Notes under the pieces: generated by a model
What the model was told of the DNA's origin: nothing
What the model saw: the letters and a program-made list of their open reading frames with translations, nothing else
Databases searched by the model: none
In this document: piece by piece, positions 13,501 to 25,800 of the stretch
Position numbering within the stretch: position 1 is the first letter of the stretch
How the letters are laid out: every line of letters starts with the position of its first letter
Assembly (NCBI GenBank): GCA_002633005.1
Contig: NMRA01000251.1
Span: 142,414-185,699 of the forward strand
Reading direction: 5' to 3'
Length of the DNA: 43,286 bases
Source of the DNA: Phoronis australis
Lineage: Eukaryota > Animalia > Phoronida
Position numbers and translations under genes: made by a program

Positions 13501-16500
13501 TCTGGAAATTACCAGACAACCTCTACTTCGATAAAGATAAAAGATTGACTGGTTCCCGAGAAAAATTACCCTCACCCTCTCCTGGTCTTCCTTGAAAGCA
13601 ACACCATGAGTCAGGTAGTTTGAAGCTCAGGTGTGCGTCAAGCACATCGCCGTCTATTTAAATAATTAACCTGTCAATCATCACCCAGCACTAGAAGGAG
13701 CCAAGTCGATCAGCAACATCAGAAAATAGTTACGTTTTCAGATGTCTAATTTTCGCATTTTGCATTTTACCAGAGTGAGTAGTTTTATACATAATTATCA
13801 AGAAATTTTCGTTGAAAGCACGAAAAAATCTATATTTGAAAGCTTGATACAGACTCATTCATAATTTAGACACAATTTCCTATCTTCAGGCGTAGAGCTA
13901 TGTAGTTAAACACCGATTGACATATCAAACAAACACATTAAAACACTAGCTATATTTCAAGACTGCGTGTCTCATTATCAGGCAATGAGTCGAGAAATGC
14001 AGTCGAGAAACAGTGGATGCTACAATCAATTTAACAAGACCCAGAACTTACATGGCAACTATAGCCTTATCGTCGAGTTGTTGCTGTTCTCTTTTGCAAC
14101 GTACTGAGATGTTGAAAGGCGGGAAGTTGCTCAAGTGTAAAGAAGCGTGCGAATACGGGTGGCCGAAGCCCATTCCTGCGAACAAACACACAAGTAGTAA
14201 ACCGAGAGATCTCAGACCAGTATATCAAGTTGATTCAACAAAAGGTGCTTATCCCGATTGAAAACTATTAAAGATGTATCTAACGTCATTCATACTGAAA
14301 TTTTGGGGGAAGGCATGTGATCTGACACCAAGTCGACAAATTGAGGATTCAAAGGAACGGCAGTGAATCTACAGACTATTAAATTCTTGCTATCCGATTT
14401 AATATATGTGGTAAGAACTATACGGCATCTACCAATGAGCGTGCAATGATGGAGAAACCACGAAGGACTACCCTTTTCTATAGCAACCGTGAATTTTAAA
14501 CTCACCATTAAGCAGTAACATGGTCACTTCTCTTTCGTTACATGACTGAGGTACACATATTCCGCTATGCAAAGTTTGATTTTTCTGAAGATAGAGATAC
14601 ATGTAGATAAAAAAATAGAAACAGAAAATTTCATTATGAACCCTACACGTATATTGTTGCACTCCATATATAGGGTTGCCGGGGCGCAAATATAATATGA
14701 CGAACATGTCGCCCCAACACCTGTCTTCGAAGGAAGTCTGCTTATCTGTTTTTTTTTAGTTCCTAAGCCTACATGTAACCAGAGTCAGGAGGAGACCCAT
14801 GTCTGAAACGAATTTACATTAAGTTAATCAGGGTTAAGACCTGAAAGATGGTTGTTGATGATGATAATGACGCCTGATGCCATATTCGTTTGAGGGAGCG
14901 TTGATTTTGCTAATAGGAGCATTTAGGATCTGAGTATCGACCCCTTACGACATCAAAATAATCATCCGTCAAATTTGGATTCGGTCATGCCTTCACTTAG
15001 CCCTACACAAGCAACACCGTGAACGTTTACGCGGTCATACAAGTAACCTGAAGGAAAATGATTTCAGTGGCCAGCAATACAAAGTACTGGTATTCCATGT
15101 GACAACATGAATTGTCATAGTCGACACATGTTGTTGGACCCTAGGAGGCGACAATATGTGCCAGTGGAAACAATTTAGGTCGTAAATAGACATGTATTGT
15201 TGCCCGGTGGGCAGTATTTGTTGAGAGCAAAGAAGTGCGCAACAACAGCCCCTTCTCCTCCTCCCTTGAATACACAGTGACATGTCGTTTTCAGTATTTC
15301 CGAGGACTGCATCCATGGAAAATTGTCGTAGAGCCACTCCTTACATCCAGATCCGCCAATAGGGTTATTGTTTACGGCGGCAAAGTTATCGCATAAGGCA
15401 GTTATTTCGCAGCTGAATCATCAGTTCATTCATTAGGTCCGTGTGTACACGTGTTAACTCGACTATTCAAACACATGTGTATCGCTTTAAAGAAATGATG
15501 TAGCGTGTAGATCGTCAACTTTGTAAGTATTGTCGACCTGAGCGCTATAGGAGAAAATTTCTTAAGTAGTTTTACCCGGAATTTACTTTTTCTCGTATGC
15601 TTAAATATAACGTCCTTGGTTATTTAAATAAGAACTTTGCTTGTTTCAGGTTGCATAATTTCTGAAAACATGACGTTTTTGTGGATAAACAGTCGCAATG
15701 TCTTTCGTTATGCAGATTTACGAAAACCTCCCCACCCGGTCACGTGCACCGATGCCCAAACACGGATTTCTGCTTGTCGGCCATTATCTTTTCACGTGGT
15801 GTTGTGAAAAAGGTCATAGTGTATCCACTTTACCTGAAAACCATCCTGCTGTGGTGCGTCAACCATGCAGTACTGTCCTCTAAAGTCCGCCGATGAATTG
15901 TCTCCCTTGTGATTGACCTCCAGACACTCGGACCAAGAGCCCAGTCTCCAAATTCGATCGTTCCGCAAGATTGATGACGGCGTTTTGGACCATGCGTCTA
16001 AAACTATTGAAAATATTGTTTCTTATACAAAAAGTTACACACGTTGCGTTCCTACTACCAACAATGCCGGCGTTGCACGTGTTCTCTATCCCTAACTATA
16101 AGCTAGAGAATTTGTGGAAGCCATGGCAACGCAACGGTAAACATTCAAAGAGAAACACGACGTCGTCGTGTTATATTTTACTAGAAGTACAAAGTCATCG
16201 TTTCATGATAGGTACACTTGATACATTTAGATTTGTACTTGAATTAAGCGACTGCTACTAACAATATTCTTGAACGGAGCACAACTTTCTACCCAGCCAT
16301 ATTTAGACTTCCAAAATGTATGTCACTACCGGGTTTCTGTAGTTAGCAAGAACAGAAATTTCTTGCAATAATTCACCCAAAAAGTCAACTCGTTATTTTT
16401 TGGAAATTCAGTTTTTGAGCCAAAACGTTCCCGCCGTGGCCAGCACTGTACATTGTTCATATACAAATAATTATTGAGAATGCCTGCACCAAGATTGATG

Positions 16501-17360
16501 TGATGCTTCTCTCAGCGGCTAGTAGATCACTTCTAAACTAATCAGGGAACTACACAAGACCTATTTATAACTGACCATGGTCTGAATCAAGAGTTGTCTG
16601 GTTGACAGAAAACACGGATTTTTGCAGATTTAAAGTATTGATCCAAAAGACCTTGTTCACTATAAGAACGCATGCTGCATGACGTTGCTGCAATCGGCTT
16701 ACAACAACAACAACAACAACAACAGCAACAACAACAACAACAGCGACAATCCGATATCCTGACAGGCCACTTCACTAATACATTATCAGTGATTAAAAGC
16801 GAATCGTAACAGTGGGCCAAAAGTAACTTTGAAATACATGTAAGTCACTGCATGTAAGATTTTCGACTTTGGAATTTTATGAAGAAAAAATATGCATTCA
16901 TCCAATGGACAGTAATCGCTCTCCCACCAATGGAGTGGGGAAGGAATGTTTTTTTTTTCATCTTCGCGTGAACTCCGTCTGCTAATTGCACACATCACTT
17001 TACAAAGTGCATACCTGTGAGAGCCCAACGTTCTGCGTTTTTTACTCGGTCAGCCAGAGTCTTCATCGAATGATAACATTTTTGGGACAAATTAACGAAC
17101 TTGTCTTCAAAGTCGACATTGTTATCTATTCTTTCCAAAACTTTGAGCATTGCCTCGTATATTTCATTGTTAGCCAACATCTTTGCTTCCTCCTGAATGC
17201 CATTGTGCGCTTTTCTTGTCCCTCGAGTTACTTCCTGAGTAGTTTGCTGTTTTCCAGCAGGTGTCGTGGCCATCGACTGCACTGTCTTGGTCTTGTCAGC
17301 ACAATCAGACGGCAAGACAACACCAAGTAGGATAGAGACAACGGCGAAGGCACGATACAT
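4562..17360 (-). CDS. nrf-6-like: NRF-6/O-acyltransferase-like protein, paralog A (signal peptide + NRF domain + Acyl_transf_3 multi-TM domain), 15 coding exons, 743 aa
   Basis: Exons (descending): 17360-17015, 16003-15834, 14584-14506, 14175-14052, 12662-12520, 11921-11748, 11313-11220, 9880-9788, 9539-9371, 8835-8756, 8113-7973, 7430-7298, 7013-6812, 6507-6365, 4702-4562. All introns are GT-AG with consistent phases; 2232 nt, open to TGA. Motifs: DAWSK, LGSWSEC, GQYC, GICVP..C (NRF domain); CLNGIRVMSITWIILGHT, DTFF, HRYIRLTP, WSWYLANEMQF, YVRPW, LSRLTYC.FL.HP, FEVP (acyltransferase-3). Confidence 0.93.
8521..8794. repeat. 45-bp tandem repeat x6 made of the 3' end of gene A exon 10 plus its splice donor
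   Basis: Units start at 8521, 8566, 8611, 8656, 8701 and 8746 and are near identical. Minus-strand unit: ...GTAGCACCACTCATGATCTATCCTTTATACAG|GTAAGATTAC. Confidence 0.97.
9215..9350 (+). repeat. Purine-rich (GA) low-complexity tract in gene A intron 9
   Basis: Predominantly A/G over ~130 bp. Confidence 0.6.
10058..10542. mobile_element. MITE-like insertion in gene A intron 7 with 59-bp inverted repeats and a flanking 14-bp direct repeat
   Basis: 10099-10157 is the near-perfect reverse complement of 10469-10527. TTAGCCGGTTAGAT occurs at 10058-10071 and 10529-10542. Confidence 0.8.
12883..13113. mobile_element. Short non-autonomous DNA-transposon-like repeat, copy 1 (gene A intron 4)
   Basis: Shares CTCGAACGAGC.CC..ATTTGGC.AA.TGGG.AAAAA.GTCCGC.TCAG and CGAGACAAA(A)GTCCAC..AA..CACAGG with 33444-33682; G-run terminus. 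Confidence 0.65.
13468..13772. mobile_element. Possible MITE with short terminal inverted repeats
   Basis: TGGTAAATGCGAAAATT at 13468 versus AATTTTCGCATTTTGCATTTTACCA ending at 13772. Confidence 0.4.
16701..16743. repeat. (CAA)n microsatellite in gene A intron 1
   Basis: About 14 units with CAG interruptions. Confidence 0.95.
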
Positions 17361-18168
17361 TTCACCAACAAATCGCTCTTGGAGACTGTCGCCACTCAGG
17401 TTCGAGTTGTACCCAATGATCGGCTTAACACGTGAACACGTTTGTAAGCTACTTAGGTCCAAGAGAGAGATAGTTAAAAGGGCTTACATGCGTCAGGTGA
17501 CTGGATTACACAACCGTATGAACTGCTATCTCAGTAGTCAGATAAGCTCCACCCTCTCGTGCACCCACATGTCATTGATGACTACTAAGCAGTCGCACTC
17601 GTTACAGCCTCCAGTGGGCAGTTGGCTTTCTGGAAGTAGAAAAAAAACAATAAACTTCTCAGTTGTCTATGTTGGCTTCGGTATTTGGACGGACACGTGA
17701 TTCCACTGGCTGGACAGTTGTCGTAACTTTACCTTCAAAAAGCTAATGAAAAGGCATCAAGAGCTGTTTGTACACAATGAATTATTCGAAGTCTCCTATA
17801 AACATTACAATACATACATGTACTGAGTAGGACGAGGTTGTACAACACCAACGTAGTTTACACGGGGAAGTTAGCAAACGGAGAATTTGACTTTATTGAT
17901 CAATTATCAACGTGGGGTTAAAATTGACTGGATATTAGGGATAAGGATTGCGTTTTTTCTTTTTGTAGTGTGTCGCCAAAGTTTTGTTGCTAAATTACTC
18001 GAGTAAATGTCTATGACCAGTAATGAACCAAAATAGACTGTAGTCGTCAAGTATCTTGCTACAAATCGTATGACGATTTTACTACGCGCACTTCGTTGAA
18101 CGTGTTTACGGCTAGCGAGAGATGTCATTTGCAATAGGGATTGTGGGATAGCCCTCATTCTGAGCAAG

Positions 18169-18858
18169 GGCGTCCTCAGCTTCTGATCTTCCCCAATACA
18201 CTACATATAATACTACAAGGTATGACACTCCCCAACTAGAAATTCCACGGGTGCTTCACTTCAGCCGTCCATAGCAAATATAAAACTCAATAAATTTACA
18301 CAAAACAGCGTTTCAACAAACCATGAAGAATTGTTCTTTCTCCCAATACCATTCACGGTGTCTTGTTCCGGCGACTTCGTAAGAAATTAGCAGTCAAAGA
18401 ACAAAAATGTTCACAAAAAGCCCCCACACACTTTCAACGCTCGAGGTCAAGGACGGTACGGAAATTGTCGGTTTGTCGCGTAAAGTCACGATGTCAATAA
18501 CTCTACACTTAGCCGCCAGTAAAAAAACTATTGAGTACTTCCGTAACTTACCGGCAATTTCCGTACCGTCCTTGACCTTGAGCGGCCCACGATGATAGTG
18601 TGTGGGGGCATTTTGTGAACATTTTTGTTCTTTGACTGCAAATTTCTTACGAAGTCGCCGGAACAGGACACCGTGAATGGTATTGAAGAAAGAACAATTC
18701 TTCATGGTTTGTTGAACCTCTGTTTTGTGAAAATTTATTGAGATTTATATTTGCTATGGACGGCTGAAGTGAAGCACCCGTGGAATTTCTAGTCCGGAGT
18801 GTCATACCTTGTAGTATTATATGTAGTGTATTGGGGAAGATCAGAAGCTGGGGACGCC
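18169..18858. mobile_element. ~690-bp fold-back/palindromic element (arms ~305 bp, spacer ~75 bp)
   Basis: 18169-~18473 is the reverse complement of ~18549-18858 with few mismatches and one small indel. The six-frame track shows the same peptide (EVKDGTEI/KVKDGTEI) on both strands. Confidence 0.9.
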
Positions 18859-20559
18859 TGTGATCCTGAGCAGCGCTACAAAAGCTCTCTGCCACAGAGT
18901 CACGTGAACGTCACGCAGAAGTTAGTGTGTAGACACCAATGCACAAGCCTAATGAATGTATAGGCCTATTGGTGGGGCTTTCATCGCGTGCATACTGGTT
19001 CAAGAATGTACCGGAACAGTATAGGCAATCTTTTTGCAGTTTGTTTGAAGCTTTATAAGAGGTGCATTTGAAAACATGAGTATTGAAGAACGCGTTGATT
19101 TGATTTGTTTTTGAGCTCGAGCCAAAGACAAGCCACAAGCCATGTCTCAACATCAACCAACCCGTGTAGTGATGTTTTTCTAATCATTCCGAATGTCCAA
19201 ATGTTACTTCGTATAGCTAGCTAATTAGAAGCCTTGTTACGTCACCAATCCACAGCAGCAATGGCAAAACGGCATGCCGCCAATAGACTTAACGATCTGT
19301 AGATATATCGTTTTATAGTTCAAAGATCCAGATGTTCAGTTGATCAAAAATAGGAGCAAACAGACGGTGTATATCCAAAATCAACGGCCAGCTTGTCGAG
19401 CAGACGTAGGCCCGCGTGGCGCTCCCTCAACACATCATCTGTATTTTACATGTGCATTAACTCCACCTTGATGTCAGTTGAGTAAAGGCAATACCGTGAT
19501 AAGTTTGCTTTCCGTGAACGCCTGATACATGTACAAAACGTGTGTAATTCACTGTTCAATAGACCTGTCTTCGTATTATACTACATAGAGGATAGTTAGA
19601 ATATTATATTGTGTTCCGAAAAGTAACAGAAGAAAAAAGTGTTTATATTTTCTATATGAACGTCAGAGTGTCGTCATCTTCCAAAAACAGACCAAGAAAT
19701 TGCAGTTTATACAAAGTCGACTAAACTGGAGCCTGGGATGACGCTAAATAATTTACTCTACGGCAAATCTGTACTTTGGGATGCGCACTCGCGAATTTTT
19801 GTTTCTCTTGAAAAGGACCCCTACTTGGTGTTAATTACCCTGTCGCATACATCTCCTTCCAAAAATGGTTTTCCATTAAAACGTTTTTGTAATTATGTAA
19901 TAAGAGCAGTTTTTCAATAGGCAGACTTCGACGCAAAGCTACATGTATATCTCGGTGTGGTCTCCTGAATCAACCAACTCAACCAGAAGTGACATAGTTA
20001 ATGCCTAAATCATTATTCAAATGCACGCCAAGAATGTATTTTATTTTCCATGTTGTCTTAGTAGCATATACGTGGATGGTTAGGGCTTGCGGGGTATTGG
20101 CTTTGAAGTTTTGATTGAGGTTTATGTGTGTCTGTATTGCATTCCAGGTACACGACGATCCTAAAAAATCGTGACAAGAATTAAGTAATCAAATCGAATT
20201 ACTAAGTATGTTGTAGGTGATCTGTCTAGAAAGAGGAACCAATTTCATTCGCAAGCCTGGTTTCAACAAGGGAGACTGCAGTGAAACTGATTTGAATACT
20301 GAAGCTCTTTAACTTGGCTTTTGGAAGTGGTTGTTAATTCAGGTTATCATCTCTTGTTAATTTCACCGCACTTGTCAATTTCACTACCGGACTTAAGACC
20401 AATTGATTCAACAAGTCATAAAACGAAGGGCAGGGATAATGGAATGTGTATATCGTGTTTTCAGTCTTGTTGGATCCGGCTGTACCCACGTCGAGTGTTT
20501 TCAACAGGGAGAGCAATCAAAGGAAGCTATCGGCTGAGCAGAATGTTAGTTAGTGGTAT

Positions 20560-20840
20560 AGGCGTGCGCTCCTTTATCCAAGGTCGTGGGTCCGCGTCCC
20601 TGCGGGAGACTGGTGGGTAACGTGTGTCACCGCCACGTGCGTCTTCTTTCTACTGTTTTGAGCTCCAACTTGACACGATACTTGAGCTGTCGTTTTCAAA
20701 AATTATAAGACAGACTTCGAAAAGATCAGACAGACTTCCAAATAAATTTACAGATATCCGACTCTGCCATTCTTTGATGGATATCTTTCCAGGATTATTT
20801 TGCAGTTTAGTTGAACATTTGTTGCAATAAACTAGCTTTT
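20560..20840 (-). mobile_element. Highly decayed L1/Tx1-like ORF2 remnant
   Basis: Broken frames give LQNNPGKISIKE / SDICKFIWK / RVKL / ARGG..YP....PWIKE, paralleling the FIW..K.RIK..EGGL.YP..W.KR block of the 2023-3370 element. Confidence 0.35.
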
Positions 20841-21149
20841 TAGAACTTGTAACGTAATTAAATGTGACGTTATTGCAACTAGATGCTATTTTTTGATACG
20901 CACGGGTTACATATTAAATGCATACGCCATTTTCACTGGAACCGTATATCGTCAAATAATCAATTATCGTATTGTAAGACATAGCATCTTTTTATATTGA
21001 TTCACATTTTTATAAAGTTTTCCTGGTCCAAGTTCTTATTTTAAAGCCCATTTATAATGATACAATGTTCGAGAATTTCGTTTTTCAACTCAAGGTTATT
21101 TGTAATCTAACTTACCTGTGCAGATATGGCGTTTTCCTAAGCAAGTAAT

Positions 21150-21410
21150 GGGATTAATCAAATGTCCGACTTCCACTTTCACTATAACAACATGTCAAGC
21201 TTAATCTAAAAGCAGACCTTGTTTCTGACGTTACCCAATCGTTCACTGACTTCCAAATTAACTCCGCGCTCTCAGAAGCCAGAACAAAGAATCTCGGAGT
21301 TATCTCCAGCAAATGTAGAGATCGTTAAATGTGCCTTTTATACAGTATACATGTATAGGAGGCAGTTTGCATAGAGGATTCTGTGGGTAAGTCTTGAAGC
21401 TGGTTGAGAT
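21150..21410 (-). mobile_element. Highly decayed L1/Tx1-like zinc-knuckle region remnant
   Basis: RLTHRILYANCLLY followed (after a frameshift) by LIWKSVNDW resembles K(L)LHRIL.TN..LY...W..V..W. Confidence 0.4.
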
Positions 21411-22895
21411 TGTTGTCAATGGTTAATCCGTCGACACTTCCCCTCGAGTTGCTTGAAACTGTTTTATTTTAGACATTCTTCTCACTTAATTGTGTTTAAA
21501 CATTTAACAAACGCATTGTTAGAATTATTCTCGTTTTGTACGTATAAAGCAAGGTGTTTATACATTTTGAGTCGTAAGGAAGAATAGTTTTGGAGGAATC
21601 CATAAGTAGTTTGCAGACAGCACATGTCACACCCAGGAATGCAGTGAGTTGTGGAGAGAATCCATGATCTTAACAAAATTACTTGTAAGACTATAGTATA
21701 GAGCTGAACCCTTGTCGAAATTTTGTAGAATGCTATGCTGAAGTGAAACGGATTCCAGCCATAAAAACAAATGAATATTTGGTGAAAGTTTGCTTTCTCA
21801 AAACTTGCGTCGTGTATTGACTCTAATCACTTTATCTTGAAAACAATTGTATCTCAGAAAATTGATTTAATTTGTTTTTTAAGATAATCATGACAATACA
21901 CGGTATGACCACATACTATATTTTAGAAAGCATTGAGCACAGTTAAATGTCGTCTCATTTGGAAAATAACAATCGAACACCACTAGTGTATCGCGCATGC
22001 TTATTACATACACATGTACGCGCAAAGCACCAAAATTGCTTAAGTAGAAAGCACCATTACAACAACGCCTAAGCTTGTTTTACATGTATTGCTTGTTTTA
22101 TTGCAATGAAAATTTCATTTCATTTTTTTTTCGATTTGTGCGTTAACCAATGTTCCACACAAAGCATGAGCATTTCCCTTAAAAACATCGTGACATGGGT
22201 AATTTACTTCTTTAAACCTACGGCCAGTATCCAGCGGCAGGCCCGCTTAAAACTCTGTGTGTCTGTCACCACCTCTTCACATGCCAAGTGTGGGTGGATG
22301 GCGAAAAATTCCATCAACACCATTATTTAAATAACATTCGTGAAGGACATGGCAACCACATCTTTGCGATACAGTGCTCTTGATCAATGGTAACTTTTGT
22401 CAATCTTCCCAACTCTTGTGCTAGTTGGAACGAATTTACTAAACGGTAACAAATATGGCATTTACAGTATTTATTGAAAGTATGTTTCCAGCACGCCTGC
22501 GGCACACACAACGAAAATAATATCTTGTCCCTTACACCAATTCGATTGATTATATCTCGCCTTAAAATTCGACAAGATCTGACTATTCTTTTATTGCTCC
22601 AGATCAAGTTTATGTTCCCGTACAAGAGTTTTAGCCTCCGAAATAGGGTAAAGTGATTTTCAGGCATTTTAATGTAAGATTTTGAATTGGAAAAGCAAAT
22701 ATAAGCGTGAAGATAATGTTTGGCAAAGAAAAGTAACCTTTGAATTTTCGCTCTGAGGGTGCTTAAAAGCAGCTTGTGCTTCCGTGAGGACACTTCGTGA
22801 AATATGTAACCAAAAATCAAATAGGTATCCATCCCTAGCTCAAAGTTATGTCTACACAAGCTATGGCCAAAATTAGTGTAGTATTGGTTGGTGAG

Positions 22896-25800
22896 TTATC
22901 TGTAGCGTCCAAGTAGAGCTTTTTCCAAACCCATGATGGGCGCCTCAAATAACAGCGAAGTAGCAAACGCCACGAGATAAGATGCCACCGTGAAGCCAAG
23001 GAAGTACAGAATCTGCAAATAAAAAAAGAGAATTAGTCATCAGAGTTTGGCAAAATCACCTAACGTTTCGCCCAAATATAATGCTTTCTAGGGTTTCCTG
23101 GGCTTAACTTTTACCATTGTATAGTATATTTTTGTAATATATAATAAAATAATAGAATAAAAAGTACAATTGAGTAGGACCCTCGAAAAATGGCCAAATA
23201 TGGAAAATTTGGAACATGATGTCTCAGAAAATGCTCTAGAGGAATCATTTGAGGCTTTCAGACAATATGTTTTGTGCACTGTTCTCCAAATCATGTGAGG
23301 AATTGCTTTTTAAATTCCCACTTTGACATGAAGGCTATTGAGAATGATTTTAAAGACGTTTATGAAAAAAAAAAGATATCAAAAGTGGCATCATGTGAAA
23401 CAAAATGACAATTTTGAACGCTGTAACAGCATTTTTGAGATTTCATCTCGAACATTCAAATCGAACAAAATTAAGTAATGTCATTGAGGCCGCTATTTTG
23501 CTATGGGTTTTTCCAATATTTTAGTAACCGTGACCCTAATAATATCAAGTTTGCATCAAATAAAAATCAAGTTTTACAGACTTTCTGCTTTCATAAATTA
23601 TAGACTTTTATTGAGTTAAAATCTACAGTTTTGAAAAATATTTGGCTAAATAAATAAACCGCAAGTCTATAAACGTTTTGGGTTAAGCTAGGGATTTGTA
23701 AGAACAACTTTATCCACCTCACGCAAAAGGACAAAGCTCTGCCAACTATTTTTTAATCCTTAAACGTTTGGAGCAATTTCTAAAATCGTCATCCAGTTGG
23801 TAAACGAATACACCCACATGTAACCTACGCCCAAGGCGACTTACAAGGCAATTTGTAAAGAAAAAAACCACCTACAAACAATCCTACTATATCCAATCTG
23901 TGGCACGGTAATTATGTGTGTTCTTTCTGTACAAGACTGTTCCAGCTCTAATATCTCAATTGAGATTCCAGTTATGCAGTAGGCAGAACGAGCATTGATT
24001 GATCACCTCCATAGTCTTTATTATTGTTTTAGATCAGGCTGATGAAAAGCTTCGTAGAGTTTCGCATGTTGCTCCGTGACGTCATCACCGTGTAGTGTTC
24101 AAATGCCAGTCACTAAAGAGATTGCACGGTTGAGCCTGAATCGTGGGACACAAATTGCTGTTTCTTTTCATCAAATAAGACATCCCGCCGCAAGTGTCTC
24201 GCGAGTGACAGCACCACGAGACATTTCACAACTCTCACTGCTCATCTACTCGTCAAACATATCGGTCTAGCACATCATCAATTTTGCAAATTAACATACC
24301 TTTCCCCCACATGCTGCCGTGTTATTGGTGAATAAAGGTCATAATTCAATCAGTTATACGTTAGTCCTCCATATAGATTAGTTCCTGTATTAAATCAAGT
24401 CTTGCCATTGAAGCTAGTGAATCAAAAAGACACGCCCCACTACAACTGGAGTCGATTTTCTGCCATCTATTGTTTTGGCAGAGAAACAGCCAGCGTATGT
24501 ACTTACTATATTATTCACTGTGAGCATGATCACCTCCTCCTGCGTGTAGTAGAACCAGGTCATGACACAAGGGTGAACAAGGTAGGCGCAATACGTCAAG
24601 CGGCTGAGCGGACCCATGACAGACCAGGAAAGGAGCTCGTTTATGTACCCTTTAATATAAAATAATATTTAATAAGACATGTAAATACTATGCAGCGACC
24701 AGAGCCATAAATAAGACTACACCAATTTCGTACCCTCCACGTTGCAAGAGTATACTTTGAAAACCCTTCAGAAACCAGTTAGAATTGAGGTTGTCCCCAC
24801 TGAGGCTGGGGTGGACCTAAACCGCTCGAGGAAAATTCTTTCAACGGCTTAGATCCGCTGCCGATGGAAAGTGTGGCTCGTACGAACGCACCTCCCATCG
24901 AGAATGCTTCACTCATGGTGCTCAAAGAGGCGGGTCCTTGATGAACATAAAGTCATGTCTGCCAAAATGAATTTAAGTATGCAAATAAAGGATAGCCTCT
25001 GTAAGGTTGCAAAGTATTTATTCCACATCAAATCAAAGATACAAATGTTCGCAAATGCAATTAAGTCCATGCCTTGTTTAATGGTTGCCAGCGATTCGAA
25101 TGAATGGTTGCATAGAGCCGTCTCTGATCTTTGACTTGTTTCCGTGGTTATTCGCGTTTAAACCAACACTTGTCCGCGACCGTGACTCTTCCCTCACAAC
25201 GGACAACACAGGGAGAAGAGAACTTGGCTTTATTCTGGAAAACCTGTTCAAGTCGGGAACGTTGTTCACAACTGGTAACTCGTTTTCTGTCTCTTCATTT
25301 TTCTTGGCCAAAGATGGGTTGAACAACAGTTCTTCTGTGAATTCTTCGTTTTCGTCTGCCGTGAGATTTAATTCATTTGGGTCGTCGTCAGCCTGTTTAG
25401 ATTTTGAAGTCTTGTTTATAATTGGGGCTATTTTTGATTCGGTGCTCTTCCTGGAAGGTAACGGCTCGTGAGGAATTTTTCTCCGTTTATAGCCTGATTT
25501 GTCTAGCTTGACAGATTCACGTCTCGATCTCAATCTTGAAATTTCAGCGTTGCCAGATTGGTTCCGCTCAATCTCAAAGTTATCATTTGTTTTAGGCAAC
25601 ATCTTCCTCGATTTTAACCCGTGCCTAGCATTTCTACCCCGTTTTGCGCGATAGCGGTTCCCACTTGGTAACAATTCTTCTTCGTCGGGCGTCTTTTGTT
25701 TGTCCCATTGATTGTTACAACCCCAGTCTTGGTCATATAGTTCGAAACATTCTTGAACATCGGGGACCTGACCATCGTCAACTGAAATGAGATTCGAGTC

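Noticed and set aside
16587-16820. Poly-cysteine ORF
   Set aside because: Translation of the intronic (CAA)n microsatellite.
2023-22860. Same-orientation LINE remnants flanking gene A as the cause of the tandem duplication
   Set aside because: The paralogs are heavily diverged with unalignable introns, so the duplication looks far older than recognisable TE copies. The shared MITE copies sit in non-homologous introns.
23040-23780. Possible non-autonomous DNA transposon in gene B intron 14
   Set aside because: Composition is suggestive but convincing TIRs or a TSD could not be defined.
25085-25471. 128-aa plus-strand ORF and other short plus-strand ORFs
   Set aside because: Antisense shadows of real minus-strand exons or random ORFs; no plus-strand gene is supported.
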